Part shown: one piece after another, positions 29,653 to 44,219 of the stretch
How the letters are laid out: every line of letters begins with the position of its first letter
Position numbering within the stretch: the stretch's first letter is position 1
NCBI GenBank assembly: GCA_951406725.2
Contig: OX597824.1
Coordinates: forward strand, 50,964,001-51,028,000
DNA: 64,000 bases
Source of the DNA: Octopus vulgaris
Lineage: Eukaryota
Direction of reading: 5' to 3'
Translations under genes and position numbers: made by a program
The notes under the pieces: generated by a model
The model's database searches: none
Seen by the model: only the letters and a program-made list of their open reading frames with translations
What the model was told of the DNA's origin: nothing

Positions 29653-30330
29653 AGAGATATATTCATCATCCTTGTGGCTATGGCGAAAGAATGTATCTGG
29701 TGGACGCGTCTGAAAGGATTGGAGACAAACACTTTCCTCTCTGGTCAATCTCTCATCAACTTCTTCAAGTACCACTTGAAAAGGAAAGTGAGAGTAGAGA
29801 GGCAAGTTTTGTCTAGCGAATGTTTTAAAAAAAGATGGGTGAATGTAGCAAGGATGGCACGTATGAATGACAAAGCCACCTTGAGCATAATCCTATGAAC
29901 CCAGAAATTGAAAACAGAGGGTTACCCACTTGCAAACAAATGTGGTAACATATAACAATATTGACCAAGGTTGCCGTGGTCTTTTTCGTAGGCTTTTCTT
30001 CCCACGGATGAACCTTACTTGCTTTCCCCTTTACACCATATATCATAACACTGTGATACACGATCCCTATTGATCGTTCCTTTTTTTTTCCTCTTCCCCT
30101 TTTTCCCCCCTTTTTCTTCTTTTTTCATTTCTCTTTTTTTTTGTTCCTTTCCCTTTCTTTTTTTTCTTTTATTCTTTTTATTTTTTATTCTTTTTTTTTC
30201 TTTTCTTCCCTTTTACGATCCCTCTTGATCGAAAACCTACGCCACCCCCTTTTTTTCATCCCCCAAAAGAAAAGCTCTACCTTGTAACTTGTCCCATCTG
30301 TGTGCAGCCCTGTGTGGCCAATAAAGAAAA
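29652..30330 (+). mobile_element. L1/Tx1-like LINE 3' fragment in (TATC)n
   Basis: IFIILVAMAKECIWWTRLKG..LINFFKYHLKRKVRVERQ..FKKRWVNVARM (Tx1-type C-terminus), a pyrimidine-rich 3' UTR ending AATAAAGAAA, and (TATC)n on both sides. A diverged related piece lies at ~30424-30590. Confidence 0.65.
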
Positions 30331-30331
30331 C

Positions 30332-30410
<79 letters not shown>

Positions 30411-30589
30411 ACTTACTATCTATCTGGCTGGTTGGCTGTATATAAATCAGTCATGAGTAAACTGTGGCTCTCGAGACTTTCTGAATGGTATGTCTAACGA
30501 AAAATTATCTTGGATTTCTTTGTGAGTGTGGCCCGCCTGATGAGTCATGTCTCATGCAGCCTGATTCTCGGAAACAGGTTCCTTATGTC

Positions 30590-30690
<101 letters not shown>

Positions 30691-32075
30691 GGATGGATAG
30701 ATGGATAGTTTTTCTTTCTTTTTTGATGCAGTAAACTGTCATCCATACTGCTCAGCTTATTCAAATTCTCCGCAAAGCTAGTATTAGGGCTACATATGTA
30801 GACCTATCAATGCAGGCCCTCAATCTAGGCGCCCCCAAAGTAAGCCCTTAATCAAGGCCCCCATTTTAAGCATCTTAATTATTTTAGTAATCAGTACTAA
30901 ATACTCGATATATACGTGACTTACGGGGATATGTATGTACTTGTGGTTTATATGGTACGTTTAAAGGTAAGAGAATAAAAGCTACATCTATATATAAAAA
31001 TGGTACTTGTTTAATCAATGGATCATCCCTTTATTTGTGACTGGTTCACTTAGATTCCCCATTGCTCTACTTGGACACGGCTCTCGACCATCTGGACACC
31101 TACCGGAACCAGTCTCAGTTCGGACCTGAACTCCATATACTGAGTCCATATACGTTAAACAAAAAGTGTACGTAAGCGACGTTTGAAATGGGAAGAGTAA
31201 AGAACATTTTTAAAGGATGTGATAACATTTTATATTTCGCCATCTACACATTCCGTTATAGACAACCTCTGCAGGTTAGACATACTAACAGGCACAAACA
31301 GCAGAGTTTCTGTATCACCATCATCATCATCATCATCATCATCATCTTCGTCATCATTATCATCATCGTCATCATTATCACCATTATCATTATTGTCATC
31401 GCCGGTGTCGATGTTTCTGTTGGTATTGTCAAAGTTTATCAGTTTATCAATATAAAAATGCACACATATACATCTATGTGTATGGGAGTACTTGTGTATG
31501 TGTGTGCGTATACACACACACATATACGATACACACACACACACACACACATATGCGAATCAGCAGTGATTTGTTCTATGTCGGTGTAAAATGATAATCG
31601 CACGAGTAAGATTGTGAGGCAAACAGAAGACAAAAAATAAAGAAAATAAAGCTTTGTGTCAGATAAACGAGAACACGTGACTGAGAATCAACATAAATGC
31701 GCCAGAAGAAGAAACAGAAGAGAATCTGTCGTTTCAGTAGACAGCTTTTGTCAAAGAGAAGAAAAAGGATTGAAAGAAGCAAGAGAAAGGAATTGTATGT
31801 ATGTATGTATGTATGTATGTATGTATGTATGTATGTATGTATGTATGTATGTATGTATGCATGCATGTATGTATGTATGTATGTATGTATGTATGTATGT
31901 ATGTATGTATGTATGTATGTGCTTGTGTGTGCATATATGTGTGTGTTTATATATGTATATATATATATATATGCATATATATATATGTATATATGCATGT
32001 ATGTATATTTTTTATTTCTATTTCTTATTTTATCTAGTTGCAGCTCACGAGCTGTGGCCATGCTGGGGCACCGCC

Positions 32076-32115
<40 letters not shown>

Positions 32116-32840
32116 TTCCCCAAATATATATACACACATTGTATGAGTACAAAACCATTCTTTATATATATTAGAAAAACATATTCTTAAAATTTAATAG
32201 AATCTAGAAAGATTATGAATTTTTTTATGGTCATTCTGGTCCAGCCACTGCTCATAACGCGAATTAATGGAATCGCATGGCTGAAGAAACATTTGCTTCG
32301 GCATTTGTGCGCATTCTCGTTCAGTGGCTGCCCTCGATTCATTAACTGTTGCCGATTTGTACTGTAAACGGTGTGAGATCTGCTGAATGTAGAGGGTATT
32401 CTACAGAATCGCTTTGTTCAGTTTCTTTGGCTAATCAGTGTGTTCGATTGTTTTTATCGTATCGAAATATACACTTCGATTTTTATAAAATTCAATAAAA
32501 TAATTAAAATGATGATGAGTACACGCGTACTTGTAAAAAGGGTAAAGACACCTTCGGTCAGGAATGACCATGGGATTGCACTTAGGATGTTACCCTGCGA
32601 GGCACATGTCCGGGCAAGGTTGTTTTATGGATGAACAGCAGTCGCTCATGCATATCAGCCTCTCCTCTCCACGCCACTGATGTTATCCAAGGGAAAGGCA
32701 AAGGCCGACACTGCTTGACATCAATGATGTCGCTGCTCATTTTTACAGATGAGTGAACTGGAGCGATATGAAATAAAGTGTCTTGCTGGAGAACACAACA
32801 CACAGCCCCGTCCGGGAACCGAACTCACCGCCCGACGCTC

Positions 32841-32909
<69 letters not shown>

Positions 32910-32911
<2 letters not shown>

Positions 32912-33744
32912 GAAGGGTTTATCATAGCAGCCTAAGATCAATGCCTACCTATAAGGAACTACCAGGCCAACATATTAGAGAATGGCCAAGCCCAACATGT
33001 GTATGTAAACAACAAAATGAAATCATTGATCATGTTGTCTCCATATGCAGTCTTCTTTCGCCCACAGATTATCTCAACAGGTATGATAGAGCAGCACAAT
33101 ATATTCATTGGGTAATTTGCAAAAACCTGGATCTGTCCCATGATAAAAACTGGTAGGAACACAAACCACCCCCAGTGCTTGAAAATGATCATATCTCACT
33201 CCTCTGGAATTTCACCGTTCAAACTGACACAATGATACATGCGAATAGGCCAGACATTACATTGAAAGACTTCAGACAAAAACCCTGCCACCTCGTTGAT
33301 ACGACTGTCCCAATCGACATAAATGTATCTGTCAAGACCTACCAAAAACTGAGCAAGTATCTTGAAATTGAAATTGGCAAAATATGGAGCCGCAAGACTA
33401 AAACAATACCTGTTGTCATAGGTGCCCTGGGAATGATAGCAAACGCGTCTGATTGCTACCTAGCTCAGATATTAGGAAACCCCAAAATGGCATAAATTAA
33501 AAAGGTAGTGCTGATGGGAACTGCCCATATTCTACGTAAAATGCTGTTTATGTAATCTCAAATTTTAAAACAAACTTATAATTTTCTTATGATTTCTTAA
33601 ACATTCTCTAGAACAATACTGTGTGCAAAACCAAATATATGACACCCTAGGCATAACACTAACAGTAACTCCTAACTTGTTGTCTCTTGAGGTTTCTGGG
33701 TGGGACTTGGAGTCAACTTGTACAAATACAAAGCAAAAGTCAAA
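32910..33744 (+). mobile_element. R4/Dong-like RLE LINE 3' fragment (decayed) between (TAA)n and (TAG)n
   Basis: CVCKQQNEIIDHVVSIC, YDRAAQYIHW, NRPDITLKD and TIPVVIGALG. Homologous to 36411-37577. Confidence 0.85.
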
Positions 33745-33748
33745 CATA

Positions 33749-33819
<71 letters not shown>

Positions 33820-35238
33820 ATGGTTTCAAATTTTTGTTCATGGCAGGCAAGTTCGGAGGCAAGTTAAGGTCAAAAATATCGACCCCAATGCGCGACTGGT
33901 ACTTATTCGATCGACTCCCAACGTATGAAAGGCAAAATCCTTTGCGACGGAGTTTGAACTCAGAACGTAAAGACGGACGAAATGCGACTAAGCATTTTCT
34001 CCGGCGTGCTAACGATTCTTCCAGAACGTAATATAAATAAAATGGTTTGGTGCGTCACCTTAAGCCCTCCCTATAACGGAAAAATGAAACCAGCTTTACC
34101 CTATTAATTCCAAGGTTTTGAAATGATAGTTGATTAGGTTTGGCTGTTTATGTAGAAAAAAAAACCTATCGATCATATGACGAAAGGAATTCTTCGATAA
34201 TTTATCTTTAGTCGTTTCAAATATTTTCCTGGTGTCTGTCAGAAGCTAATTGTCTTTTGTTCAATACTTATCCTATTTCACGTATTCTCACATACTAACT
34301 CTTACTCGCAAATACATGTGGATGTTGGTGTGTGCTTGCGCGTATTACTGAGATTGTAGACAGTCGTGAGAGGTCTTTTACTGTGTGAATCAAGCGTAAA
34401 TTCATTACAAACAGCAATCCACTTATATAGATTTATGTTATTCTTCTGAATTACAATGAGTCCCCTTCATAACTTCATGGTCTGCGTTGTTCTTAGTAAG
34501 CAATATGAATTCTCCACACACACACAAATACAGACACACACGCACATATTAATATACATACTCTTTCTCTCCCTCTCACTCTCTCTCCCTCTGTACACAC
34601 ACACACATATATATATATGTGAGTGTGTGTGTGTGTGTGTGCGCACACGTGTCTGTATATGTTTGAATATATATATATATGTATCAGTGCTTGTGCGTGT
34701 TTACGTATGCATGTTTGTATTTGTACATGCAACCTCCTCCCCACACACACATATATGGAAGGATATGAATGTACGTACGTGCTTTTGTGTATGTGTGTAT
34801 GTGTGTGTATGCATGTGTGTGATTGTGTGTGTTTGGATCTGTGTGTGCGCGTGCGTGTTTGTGTGTGTGTCTGTATCTGTGTGCTTATTTGAATATACAA
34901 GCATCTGAATTACAAACTGGAGCAGAGCAACACCAGCTAAACCTGACCTTAAACAACAGAAAAGACCATCTGAGACTTCATCAGAAGCGACATTCTCGTT
35001 GCGTACGCCGCCGAATGATGAAGACTACTCAAAGCAACAATATGAACAGTAAGGTTAACAACAATAGAAACAAACTGCAACATTTTTCTATCCGGCTATT
35101 GTTAGATATCTGTCCTGTACGTGATCCACTGTTGGTATGTAAAAAGGTGGAAGGAGCGTTTAAGATGTCTACGTATTCAGTCTGTCTTCGTCTCTAGTTG
35201 TATGCATCTATTACAATTTTCATTTATTATTATTGTTG

Positions 35239-35326
<88 letters not shown>

Positions 35327-35342
35327 CATTATTATTATTAAA

Positions 35343-36087
35343 GCGGCGAGCTGGCAGAATCGTTAGCACGTCGGGCGAAATGCTTAGCGGTATTTCGGTT
35401 GTCGTTACGTTGTGAGTTCAAATTCCGCCGAGGTCGACTTTGCTTTCATCCTTTCGGGGTCGATAAATTAAGTACCAGTTACGCACTGGGGTCGATGTAA
35501 TCGACTTAATACCTATGTCTGTCCTTGTTTGTCCCCTCTGTGTTTAGCCCCTTGTGGGTAATAAAGAAATAGCTATTTCGTCTGTCGCTACGTTCTGAGG
35601 TCGACTTTGCCTTTCAAAGTTGATAAATTAAGTACCAGTTACGCACTGGGGTCTATATAATCGACTTAATCCGTTTGTCTGTCCTTGTTTGTCCCCTCTG
35701 TGTGTAGCTCCTTGTGGGTAGTAAAGAAATAGGTATTTCGTCTGCCGCTACGTTCTAAGTTCAAATTCCGCCGAGGTCGACTTTGCCTTTCATCCTTTCG
35801 GGGTCGATTAAATAAGTACCAGTTACGCACTGGGGTCGATATAATCGACTTAATCCATTTGTCTGTCCTTGTTTGTCCTCTCTGTGTTTAGCCCTTTGAG
35901 GGTAGTAAAGAAATAGAAATAGGTATTTCGCCCGTCTCCACGTTCTGAGTTCAAATTCAGCCGAGACCGACTTTGCTTTTCATCCTTTCGGGGTCGATAA
36001 ATTAAGTACCAGTTGAACACTGGTGACGATGTAATCGACTCATCCCCTGCTCCAAAATTGCTGCTCGTGTGGCAAAGTTTGAAACCA
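35343..36087 (+). mobile_element. SINE family C with four tandem body units
   Basis: One head gcggcgagctggcagaatcgttagc followed by ~4 repeats of ggtatttcg..gttcaaattccgccgaggtcgactttgc..aagtaccagtt..ctggggtcgat..aaagaaata. Flanked by (TTA)n. Confidence 0.85.
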
Positions 36088-36111
36088 TTATTATGGTTAT
36101 TGTTATTTCTC

Positions 36112-36368
36112 TTTATCACCGGTTTTTTTTTGGAGCTCCTGGAGTCTTACATGAGTAGGAGGCTTGCTACCTGCAGCCTACAGTGCTATGCTATCCATTC
36201 TTTTCATCTATCTAATACTTTCCTGGTTGTTCCGGCCGTGTAAAGGAAGCAAAGCTACTGGGTACTCTATTCTAAATTCCTTTGTATTCCCCTTGATGCC
36301 TTCTGATACTGTTCCCAAGCACCCAACAATAGTTGACACTATCTACGCCTTCTTCATTTTCCATCGCC
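36112..36368 (-). mobile_element. 3' end of a second R4/Dong-like family next to (TTA)n
   Basis: Minus translation IVGCLGTVSEGIKG..EYPVALL..GTTRKVLDR resembles an RLE C-terminus. Confidence 0.5.
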
Positions 36369-36410
<42 letters not shown>

Positions 36411-36411
<1 letters not shown>

Positions 36412-37576
36412 TGACTTTTGCTTTATGTCTGTACAAGTTGGCTCCAAGTCTCACCCAGAGACCTCAAGAAACAACAGGTTGGAAGTTCTGTGCCATATAT
36501 TTGGGGGGTTTTTTTTGTGTTGTACTAGTGAATGTCTAATACATAAAAAAAAAAAATAAAAAATAAAAAAAAGTTTGTTTTAAACCTTGGGATTACATAG
36601 AGAGTATTTTGCGTAGGATATGAGCAGTTCCCATGAGCACTATCTTTTGAATTTCTGCCATTTTGGGGTTTCCTGGTATCTGAGTTAGGTAGCAATCAGT
36701 CCCATTCGCTATCATTCCCAGGGCATCTATGACAACAGGTATTGTTTTAGTCTTCAGCTTCCACATTTTGCTGATTTCTATTTCAAGATCTTTATATTTG
36801 CTCAGTTTTTGGTAGGTCTTGACAGATACGTTTATATCGATTGGGACAGTCATATCAATGAGGAGGCATGTTCTTTGTCTGAAGTCTTTCAATATGATGT
36901 CTGGCCTATTTGCATCTATCTTCCTGTCAGTTTGAATGGTGAAGTTCCAGAGGAGTGAGATGTGGTCATTTTCAAGCACTGGAGGTGGTTTGTGTTCCCA
37001 CCAGTTTTTTTCATGGGGCAACTCCAGGTTTTTGCAAATTACCCAGTGAATATATTGTGCAGCTCTATCATGCTTACTGAGGTACTCTGTAGGCGCTAGA
37101 AGACTGCATTTGGAGACAACATGATCAATGGTTTCATTTTGTTGTCGGCATACACGACATGTTGGGCTACTGCCGTTCTTTAATATGTTGGCCAGGTAGT
37201 TTCTTGTTGGTAGGCATTGATCTTGAGCTGCTATGATAAACCCCTCTGTTTCAGATTTTAAGCCAGAGGCCATTAGCCATTGATGGGTCAGGGCTTTGTC
37301 GATATCTGCATTATACGCTATCTTTGGGTATTTGCCATAGAGAGGTTTTTCTTGCCATTTATTATTCAGAATAACTAAGGCCGCAGTTTTGGCACGGGTT
37401 TTCATGCGCCTAGCTTTTTCTGTGCTTGTTTCTTGTATGTCTATCTCTAATTCCGAAATTGGTTGTATTCGGAATTCACTTAGATATTCCTTTGCCTGTT
37501 TTGTGACTGAGTATGATGCTTTCTTGTTTTCATGTTTTGAGACAAGTTTTAACATCCAGTCCTCAGAGTTTTTCAG

Positions 37577-37577
<1 letters not shown>
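36411..37577 (-). mobile_element. R4/Dong-like non-LTR retrotransposon, 5'-truncated, open 3' ORF (CCHC + restriction-like endonuclease)
   Basis: ORF 36593..37555: ETEGFIIAAQDQ, CRVC..ETIDHVVSKC, HD...IHW, DRKIDANRPDIILKD, LIDMTVP, KLSKYKDL, MGTAHILRKIL. Flanked on both sides by (TTA)n. Confidence 0.92.
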
Positions 37578-37667
<90 letters not shown>

Positions 37668-37762
37668 TATTATTATTATTATTGTTATTATCATTATTAT
37701 TATTATTATTATCATCATCAACATCATCATCATCATCATCAACATCATCATCATCATCATCA

Positions 37763-37829
<67 letters not shown>

Positions 37830-37831
37830 CA

Positions 37832-38337
37832 TTGAGTGAGACAGCAATGCATGCCATCAAAGTGACACTGAGGTAGAAATTTACGAGGCCCAACCTATCC
37901 ATTATGATTAACTGTCTGATAAGGTTACACCAGACACATGCATCACAACTACAAAACCATATGTGCGCAATATGGTGATTTCATATCAAGACAAACAGCG
38001 CATGACTTTACTGGTGGGGGTCCAGTTAAAAAGTCTCTGAATAAGCTTTGTTTAAGGTTGATGAACAAAACACCCATGTTTCCAGAGGTGAATTATTCAA
38101 ACCCCAAAGAATTCCTCTCAACGCATGACTATGATGCTCCCCCACTACTCTTGCTCATGATCAGTGATAAACATATCATCAGCTATTAGAGGACATACTC
38201 AACAGGTCAAGGTCAAGCAACTGACAAGTAAATCTGTGGTATTGAGAATATTTGCTGTAGTCCAGTTTTTATACAAAGAAAAGACATGTACATGATAACA
38301 CTTCCAGTTAATTAAGATCAGAAGCCATGAGAGTCAC

Positions 38338-38338
<1 letters not shown>
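37832..38338. repeat. Unclassified interspersed repeat adjacent to a (TTA)n tract
   Basis: Complex non-microsatellite block between (TTA)n and (TA)n with no recognisable ORF. It resembles a repeat I recall from octopus genomes, but this is unverified. Confidence 0.35.
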
Positions 38339-38407
<69 letters not shown>

Positions 38408-39959
38408 GAGAGACAGAGAGAGACAGAGAGAGACAGACAGACAGACAGACACAGACTGGCAGACAGAAAGACAGAGACAGAGAGAAAGAGGTAGACAGAC
38501 AGAGACAAAGAAAGAAAGAAAGCGAGAAAGAACAAAATTAATGACTGCAAAATAGCAATTTTCATTACGTTATAATTCGAGAATCCATAGTTAAAACTCC
38601 TTTGTCAGTACAAAGTAGAGAATGGTAACGAGTTGGTAAGAGAGGAGTATATCATCCACAGTTATTTTATTAGAAAGGCAACCGTACCAACGATGGCACG
38701 ATAAGCCGGGCAATATATTTAGAAAACAATTTTTTTTATTTACAAAACATTCAGAGCGGCAATACATGAAACCAACAACATCAAGCGGTTCTTAAATTTC
38801 TATTAGATAGCGGCTATTCATTATCTTTTGCCAAGTTGGTACATACAAATATACCCCATTGAAGACTCGCACCATAAATGCTCACATATACTTTCTGATG
38901 CCGTTTTATTTTGTCGATAAACAACTGTTTTTTGTCTATCGGGTTATCTGTATAGAGATATCGATCGTACAAATGATGTGTTGTAGTTCCTCTGAAGTGA
39001 TATGCACATTGACCAACTTTGCTTTCAGCAATGTACAGCAATGTACAAGGGTCCATGTAATATATTAGTCTGAAATAGTTATAGCGGGTCCTACATTGAA
39101 CGCACTAACCGCAGAATGCATATTATTCACATTAAGAAACATGCCCATACATATACATCAGTTAAGCGTCACCTTGTATAATAACGCCCAATATTCTATG
39201 GTTAAACTGAAAACATCTGAAAGAAATATCGGTAATTTTCGGATTAATAAGTCTTTTCTCGGTCATAAACTGAATTCATATGCAAATTATTTTGGCTATA
39301 ACAATACCAGTCAGTGCATGTCGCAGCCTTCTCCTACATACCAACAAGTTACAAATTTGTGTGCCTGCTTTGAGAAGGGGCTTTTAAAGCTGAAAATCAA
39401 AATTTTATGGAAAGAGCAAACTTTGTTTAGTCTTTCTTACATCTGAATTTATTCCTTTGCTTACAATTAGCACGGTACCAGCTTTTACAAATGTTTTAAC
39501 AACTCTATTATAAATTAATTCCCTACCAATATTTATATGTGTGTGAGTGTGAGTATGTGTGTGTATGTATAGGCTTGTAGGCTACTTGGGAGGGCGTTGG
39601 AGTCACGATCATAAGGTCATCTGTTCTATTACTAGATTGGGCAACGTCTTATGAACTTGAACAAGGCATTTATTACATGATACTTCAGTCTACTCAACTG
39701 TAATGAGTATTAACCGAGTGTCGGTGCAATCATCACTCCTTTCAGTTTTCTTGTCCTTAATATTTAGCTGAATCAAGAGTGGGGGAGGGTTCCATACACA
39801 CAGTATATATTTGATCGTTCGAAACTCTTTAAGTACTTAAAATAATTATCAAAGACATGATACATTCTCATATGTCAAACACATTTGCGAATCTGGCTAT
39901 TGTTATATAAATGTTTGTGCTTGTGTGTGTGTGTGTGTTTATGCGTGTGTATGTGTGTG

Positions 39960-40355
39960 TCGCGCCGGAAACTCCAATACGAACATTTCAGAGTGTTTAG
40001 GTTCAATCTGAGTACAGGGCAGAGGATTTGAAAAGAGTTGGATGTGTCTAATAATGATTACCAAGGTATGCTAGCTCGAAGAACTCACTCTGATCATTCT
40101 GCTAAGAAACGAACTTCTGAATTTGTTGGTGATATCTAGGCCATGATTGACAACGATCCCTCCAAGTCAATCAGGTCCATCGCCAGGGACATGAGAGTGT
40201 CTGAGATTCTTATCAGGAAGATAGAGCATGATGACATTCGGTATTCCTCATACAAGATCAGAAAGGACCAATTTTTATCCCAAGCCATCAAGGACAAGGG
40301 GAAAGACCGTACTACAAAGCTCTTCAACAAACTCAAGCATCCTCTCCAACCAATC
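39960..40355 (+). mobile_element. Tc1/mariner transposase fragment (HTH region) of the same family
   Basis: IDNDPSKSIRSIARDMRVSEILIRKIEHDDIRYSSYKIRK..KLFNKLKHPLQP overlaps the motif seen at 47470-47510. Confidence 0.75.
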
Positions 40356-41293
40356 ATGCTTTGTCTACAGTGCTGCTGCTACTGCTTTCAGCGGCGTGTT
40401 ATTACGACCCTTCAGTTTCGCAAATTATTGGTGCGTATACAGATATATTCACACATACTCCAAAAGGATGAAAGACAAAGTCGATATCAGCAGAATTTGA
40501 ACTCAGAACGTAAAAACGGAGGAAAAGCCACTATTTTGCTCGGCGTGCTAACGATTCTGCTAAATACATATTGAGTCCTTTCTTGTGAGAATGATCTTTT
40601 TTAATCCTTCATTAAGGTAAGTGCATCAAATGTGCGTGTGTGTGTGTATGTACATATATTCTTACAACATGCATATATTTGCACACACACTCAAACACAC
40701 TCGCGCAGCCACTCACACACATACACACAACTCACATGCGTTCGCACGCACACACACCCCACAGATGAACACTCACACACCCTACACACACACAAATACA
40801 AACATACACACACACGCATGTATGCGTTTACATAAACCGTATGATGTGCTGGATTGTGTTTGCCTTTACACCCGCGGGGCTATTCTGAAAAAGCTGCGAT
40901 GTCCAACTTAAGTATGTCGCCTTCCCCAAACATTCCCTCTTACTATGGAGAGGAGTTTTTTCCGCCCTCACCTAAGTCTTTTATTTGAGTTCCCCAGCAT
41001 TGTGTTTGAGTTGTGTCTATTTTCAGAGAAATCTGCTCTTTCAGGTACGGTTGATCAAGTTTTCATAAAGCGTTAAACTATGAAAATGAGAAAAGACACC
41101 AGCACAGAGGAAGAGGATAGTGAGTCCGGTGTGTGTGTTCGTGTGCGTGTGTGTATATGTGTATGTGTGTGTGTGTATGTGTGTGCGCGCGTGTGTGTGT
41201 CTGTGTTTCTGTGTGTATGTGTGTTGGTGAATGTTTGCGTTTGTATATGTACTTATAAGTATTTATACATGTATGTTTATACGCACACACATC

Positions 41294-41339
<46 letters not shown>

Positions 41340-41397
41340 CATATACATATATACATGTATATATATATATATATGTGTGTATATATATGTATATATA

Positions 41398-41448
<51 letters not shown>

Positions 41449-41457
41449 ATATATATA

Positions 41458-41808
41458 TATTGAGAAAAAAAGGTCGACAGAATTTTTGGGAAAAATCCAT
41501 TTTATTTCTTCATTAACAGCGCATTCGTTCCTCTCTAGGACTTGTCAAATGAAATTTTGTGAATAGCTTGTTCATTTATATAAAACATAAAGTATCAGTT
41601 TCCAACTGGGATCGACGTAATCGACTTAATCCCTTTGTCTGTCCTTGTTTGTCCCCTCTATGTTTAGCCCCTTGTGGGTAGAAAAGAAATACATTTATAT
41701 AAAACATGCTTTTGGGGCTGGGGGTTCAGAAGAGAACATTGTTTTTTAGGAGTGAGGTTCCAAGACAATGGAGATGGATAGATAGAAATATAGGTAGGTA
41801 GATAGGCT

Positions 41809-41839
<31 letters not shown>

Positions 41840-41888
41840 CGAGGGAGACAGAGAAATGATGGGTTGGTGGATAGATGATGGATAGATC

Positions 41889-41934
<46 letters not shown>

Positions 41935-41946
41935 CAAATAGATAGG

Positions 41947-42033
<87 letters not shown>

Positions 42034-42034
42034 T

Positions 42035-42082
<48 letters not shown>

Positions 42083-44147
42083 GAGATGGTAGAGGCAAAA
42101 GGAGAGAGAGAAGGAGTATCTACATTCTTATTCATCATTCATTCATTTATTTAATTATTTTCCTTTACCATTGTATTGGAATGAGTTTAAGGATGGTGAC
42201 CACTTAAAAAAGAAAGAAAAAGAAACAGGTGTGGTTTGGTCATCACTGAAAGCGTTTTTGCTTTCTTTCTATCTCTTTTTTCTTTTTTGTTCTTTTCTTT
42301 TTCCTTCCTTTTTCCTCCTTTCTTTTTCTCCTCTTTGAGTTATATTTAGAATATACCCCTTCCAAACATTCATTTTTGGAGGGAATTTTTTGTTAAAGTG
42401 TAGTTCTGCATGAAAATACATTAGCATAATATTTGCAAATTAACAATTTGAAAAATCAATCAGTAAATAAAATGAAACGAATATATATATGCACACATAC
42501 ATACATATTCTTTGTTCTTTAGCCCGAGGCTATAGTAGAAGACACTTGCCCAGGTGCCATGCAGTGAGACTGAACCCGGGACCATGTGGTTGGTAAGCAA
42601 GCTACTTACCACACAGCTACTCCTATATAGGTAAAGCTAGAACATCCCAATGCTACACATGTATACATCTGAACATTTGTAGAGATGAGCCACATTTGGA
42701 ATATAGATTTCAAATTCAATTTTAGGGAGGATTCCCTAAACATTCAATTTTAGGGAAGATTCCTTGATGAAGTGTGTGTGTGTATGTGTGTGTGTGCGTG
42801 TGTTCGTGTGTGCATGTTACTGTGTGTGTGTGTGTGTGAGCGCGCGCGCGTGTGTAGTTGGGAATATGTCCATGTTTATACTGTGTAAATTCGATCACGC
42901 TTCTTTCAATTCCATGATTTTGCGTTAGAGAACATTAGTATAACAATAATAAAACGTTCTGTCTCTGCTTTTCTTTGAAACATTCAACTTCGGAGAGAAT
43001 TTTTTGATGAAATGTAGTTCCATTGCTTTTCGGTGTTGCGGATCGTCCTGTGTACATTTGTAAAAAGAAAAAATTTTGAATTTTCTCTCGCCGCATATTT
43101 CCAGATGCTTACTTAATAGAATCTTGCGTAATTCTTCTTGTCAGATATCTTGCCTGTTGGCAGAGGAAATTATTTGTTTTGCCAATGTAATGTTCTTCGC
43201 ATTTTGGGTAGTAATACAGTATATTTAGTTTTGCGTTTTGCAGTTCATATCAGCATTTATTATCAAAAGGGATCCGCTCTTGAATTTTATGTGGGAACCA
43301 CTTTCCAAGTATTTGAAGTTGTTGATATTGTTGCATGTTCCATATCTCCTATCTTCACATTCTTTTACTAAGAAGTCTCATTCATTCTCTAACTTGAATT
43401 CTGCCCTTGTGAGGTGTTTTTAAGATTTTTTGGATGGCGTTTGCTATTCTATAACATTTTTTTTCTCAATCAGAGTTTTCATTTTGGGGCTTTGTAGGAG
43501 TATAGGTAAGTTCGATTTTATGGCGTGAAAGATGTTGGTTATTCAAGGACTGTGTATGTTAATGAACGGAATCGTCAGTCTTGAAGCATTAATTTATCCG
43601 TTCTCTATGTTTCTCTACCCAGTGTTTTATTGCTTCTAGGCCTAAAGTGTGAGGTACATTATTGATGGCATAAAAACTTTTAAGTATAGTAAGTATAGAA
43701 TAAAAGAATAAAGAATATGTATGTATGTGTGCATATATATATTCGTTTTATTTTATTTACTGATTGATTTTTTAAATTGTTAATTTGCAAATATTATACT
43801 AATGTATTTTCATGCAGAACTACACTTAATCAAAAAATTCCCACCAAAAATGAATGTTTGGAAGGGGTATATTCTAAATATAACTCAAAGAGGAGAAAAA
43901 GAAAGGAGGAAAAAGGAAGGAAAAAGAAAAGAACAAAAAAGAAAAAGAGATAGAAAGAAAGCAAAAACGCTTTCAGTGATGACCAAACCACACCTGTTTC
44001 TTTTTCTTTCTTTTTTAAGTGGTCACCATCCTTAAACTCATTCCAATACAATGGTAAAGGAAAATAATTAAATAAATGAATGAATGATGAATAAGAATGT
44101 AGATACTCCTTCTCTCTCTCCTTTTGCCACTACCATCTCTCTATCTG

Positions 44148-44219
<72 letters not shown>

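Noticed and set aside
30537-30585. CTGATGA...GAAAC as a hammerhead
   Set aside because: Stem I and stem III do not pair. The sequence reads as a decayed Tx1-like coding end (FVSVARLM).
35343-36087. CRISPR-like regular array
   Set aside because: The units are SINE bodies without unique spacers, the context is eukaryotic, and there are no cas genes.
38600-39450. Possible decayed DNA transposase (similar weak hints at ~32130-32430, ~48400-49000 and ~55600-55960)
   Set aside because: Only faint peptide resemblance. These cannot be assigned without a profile search.
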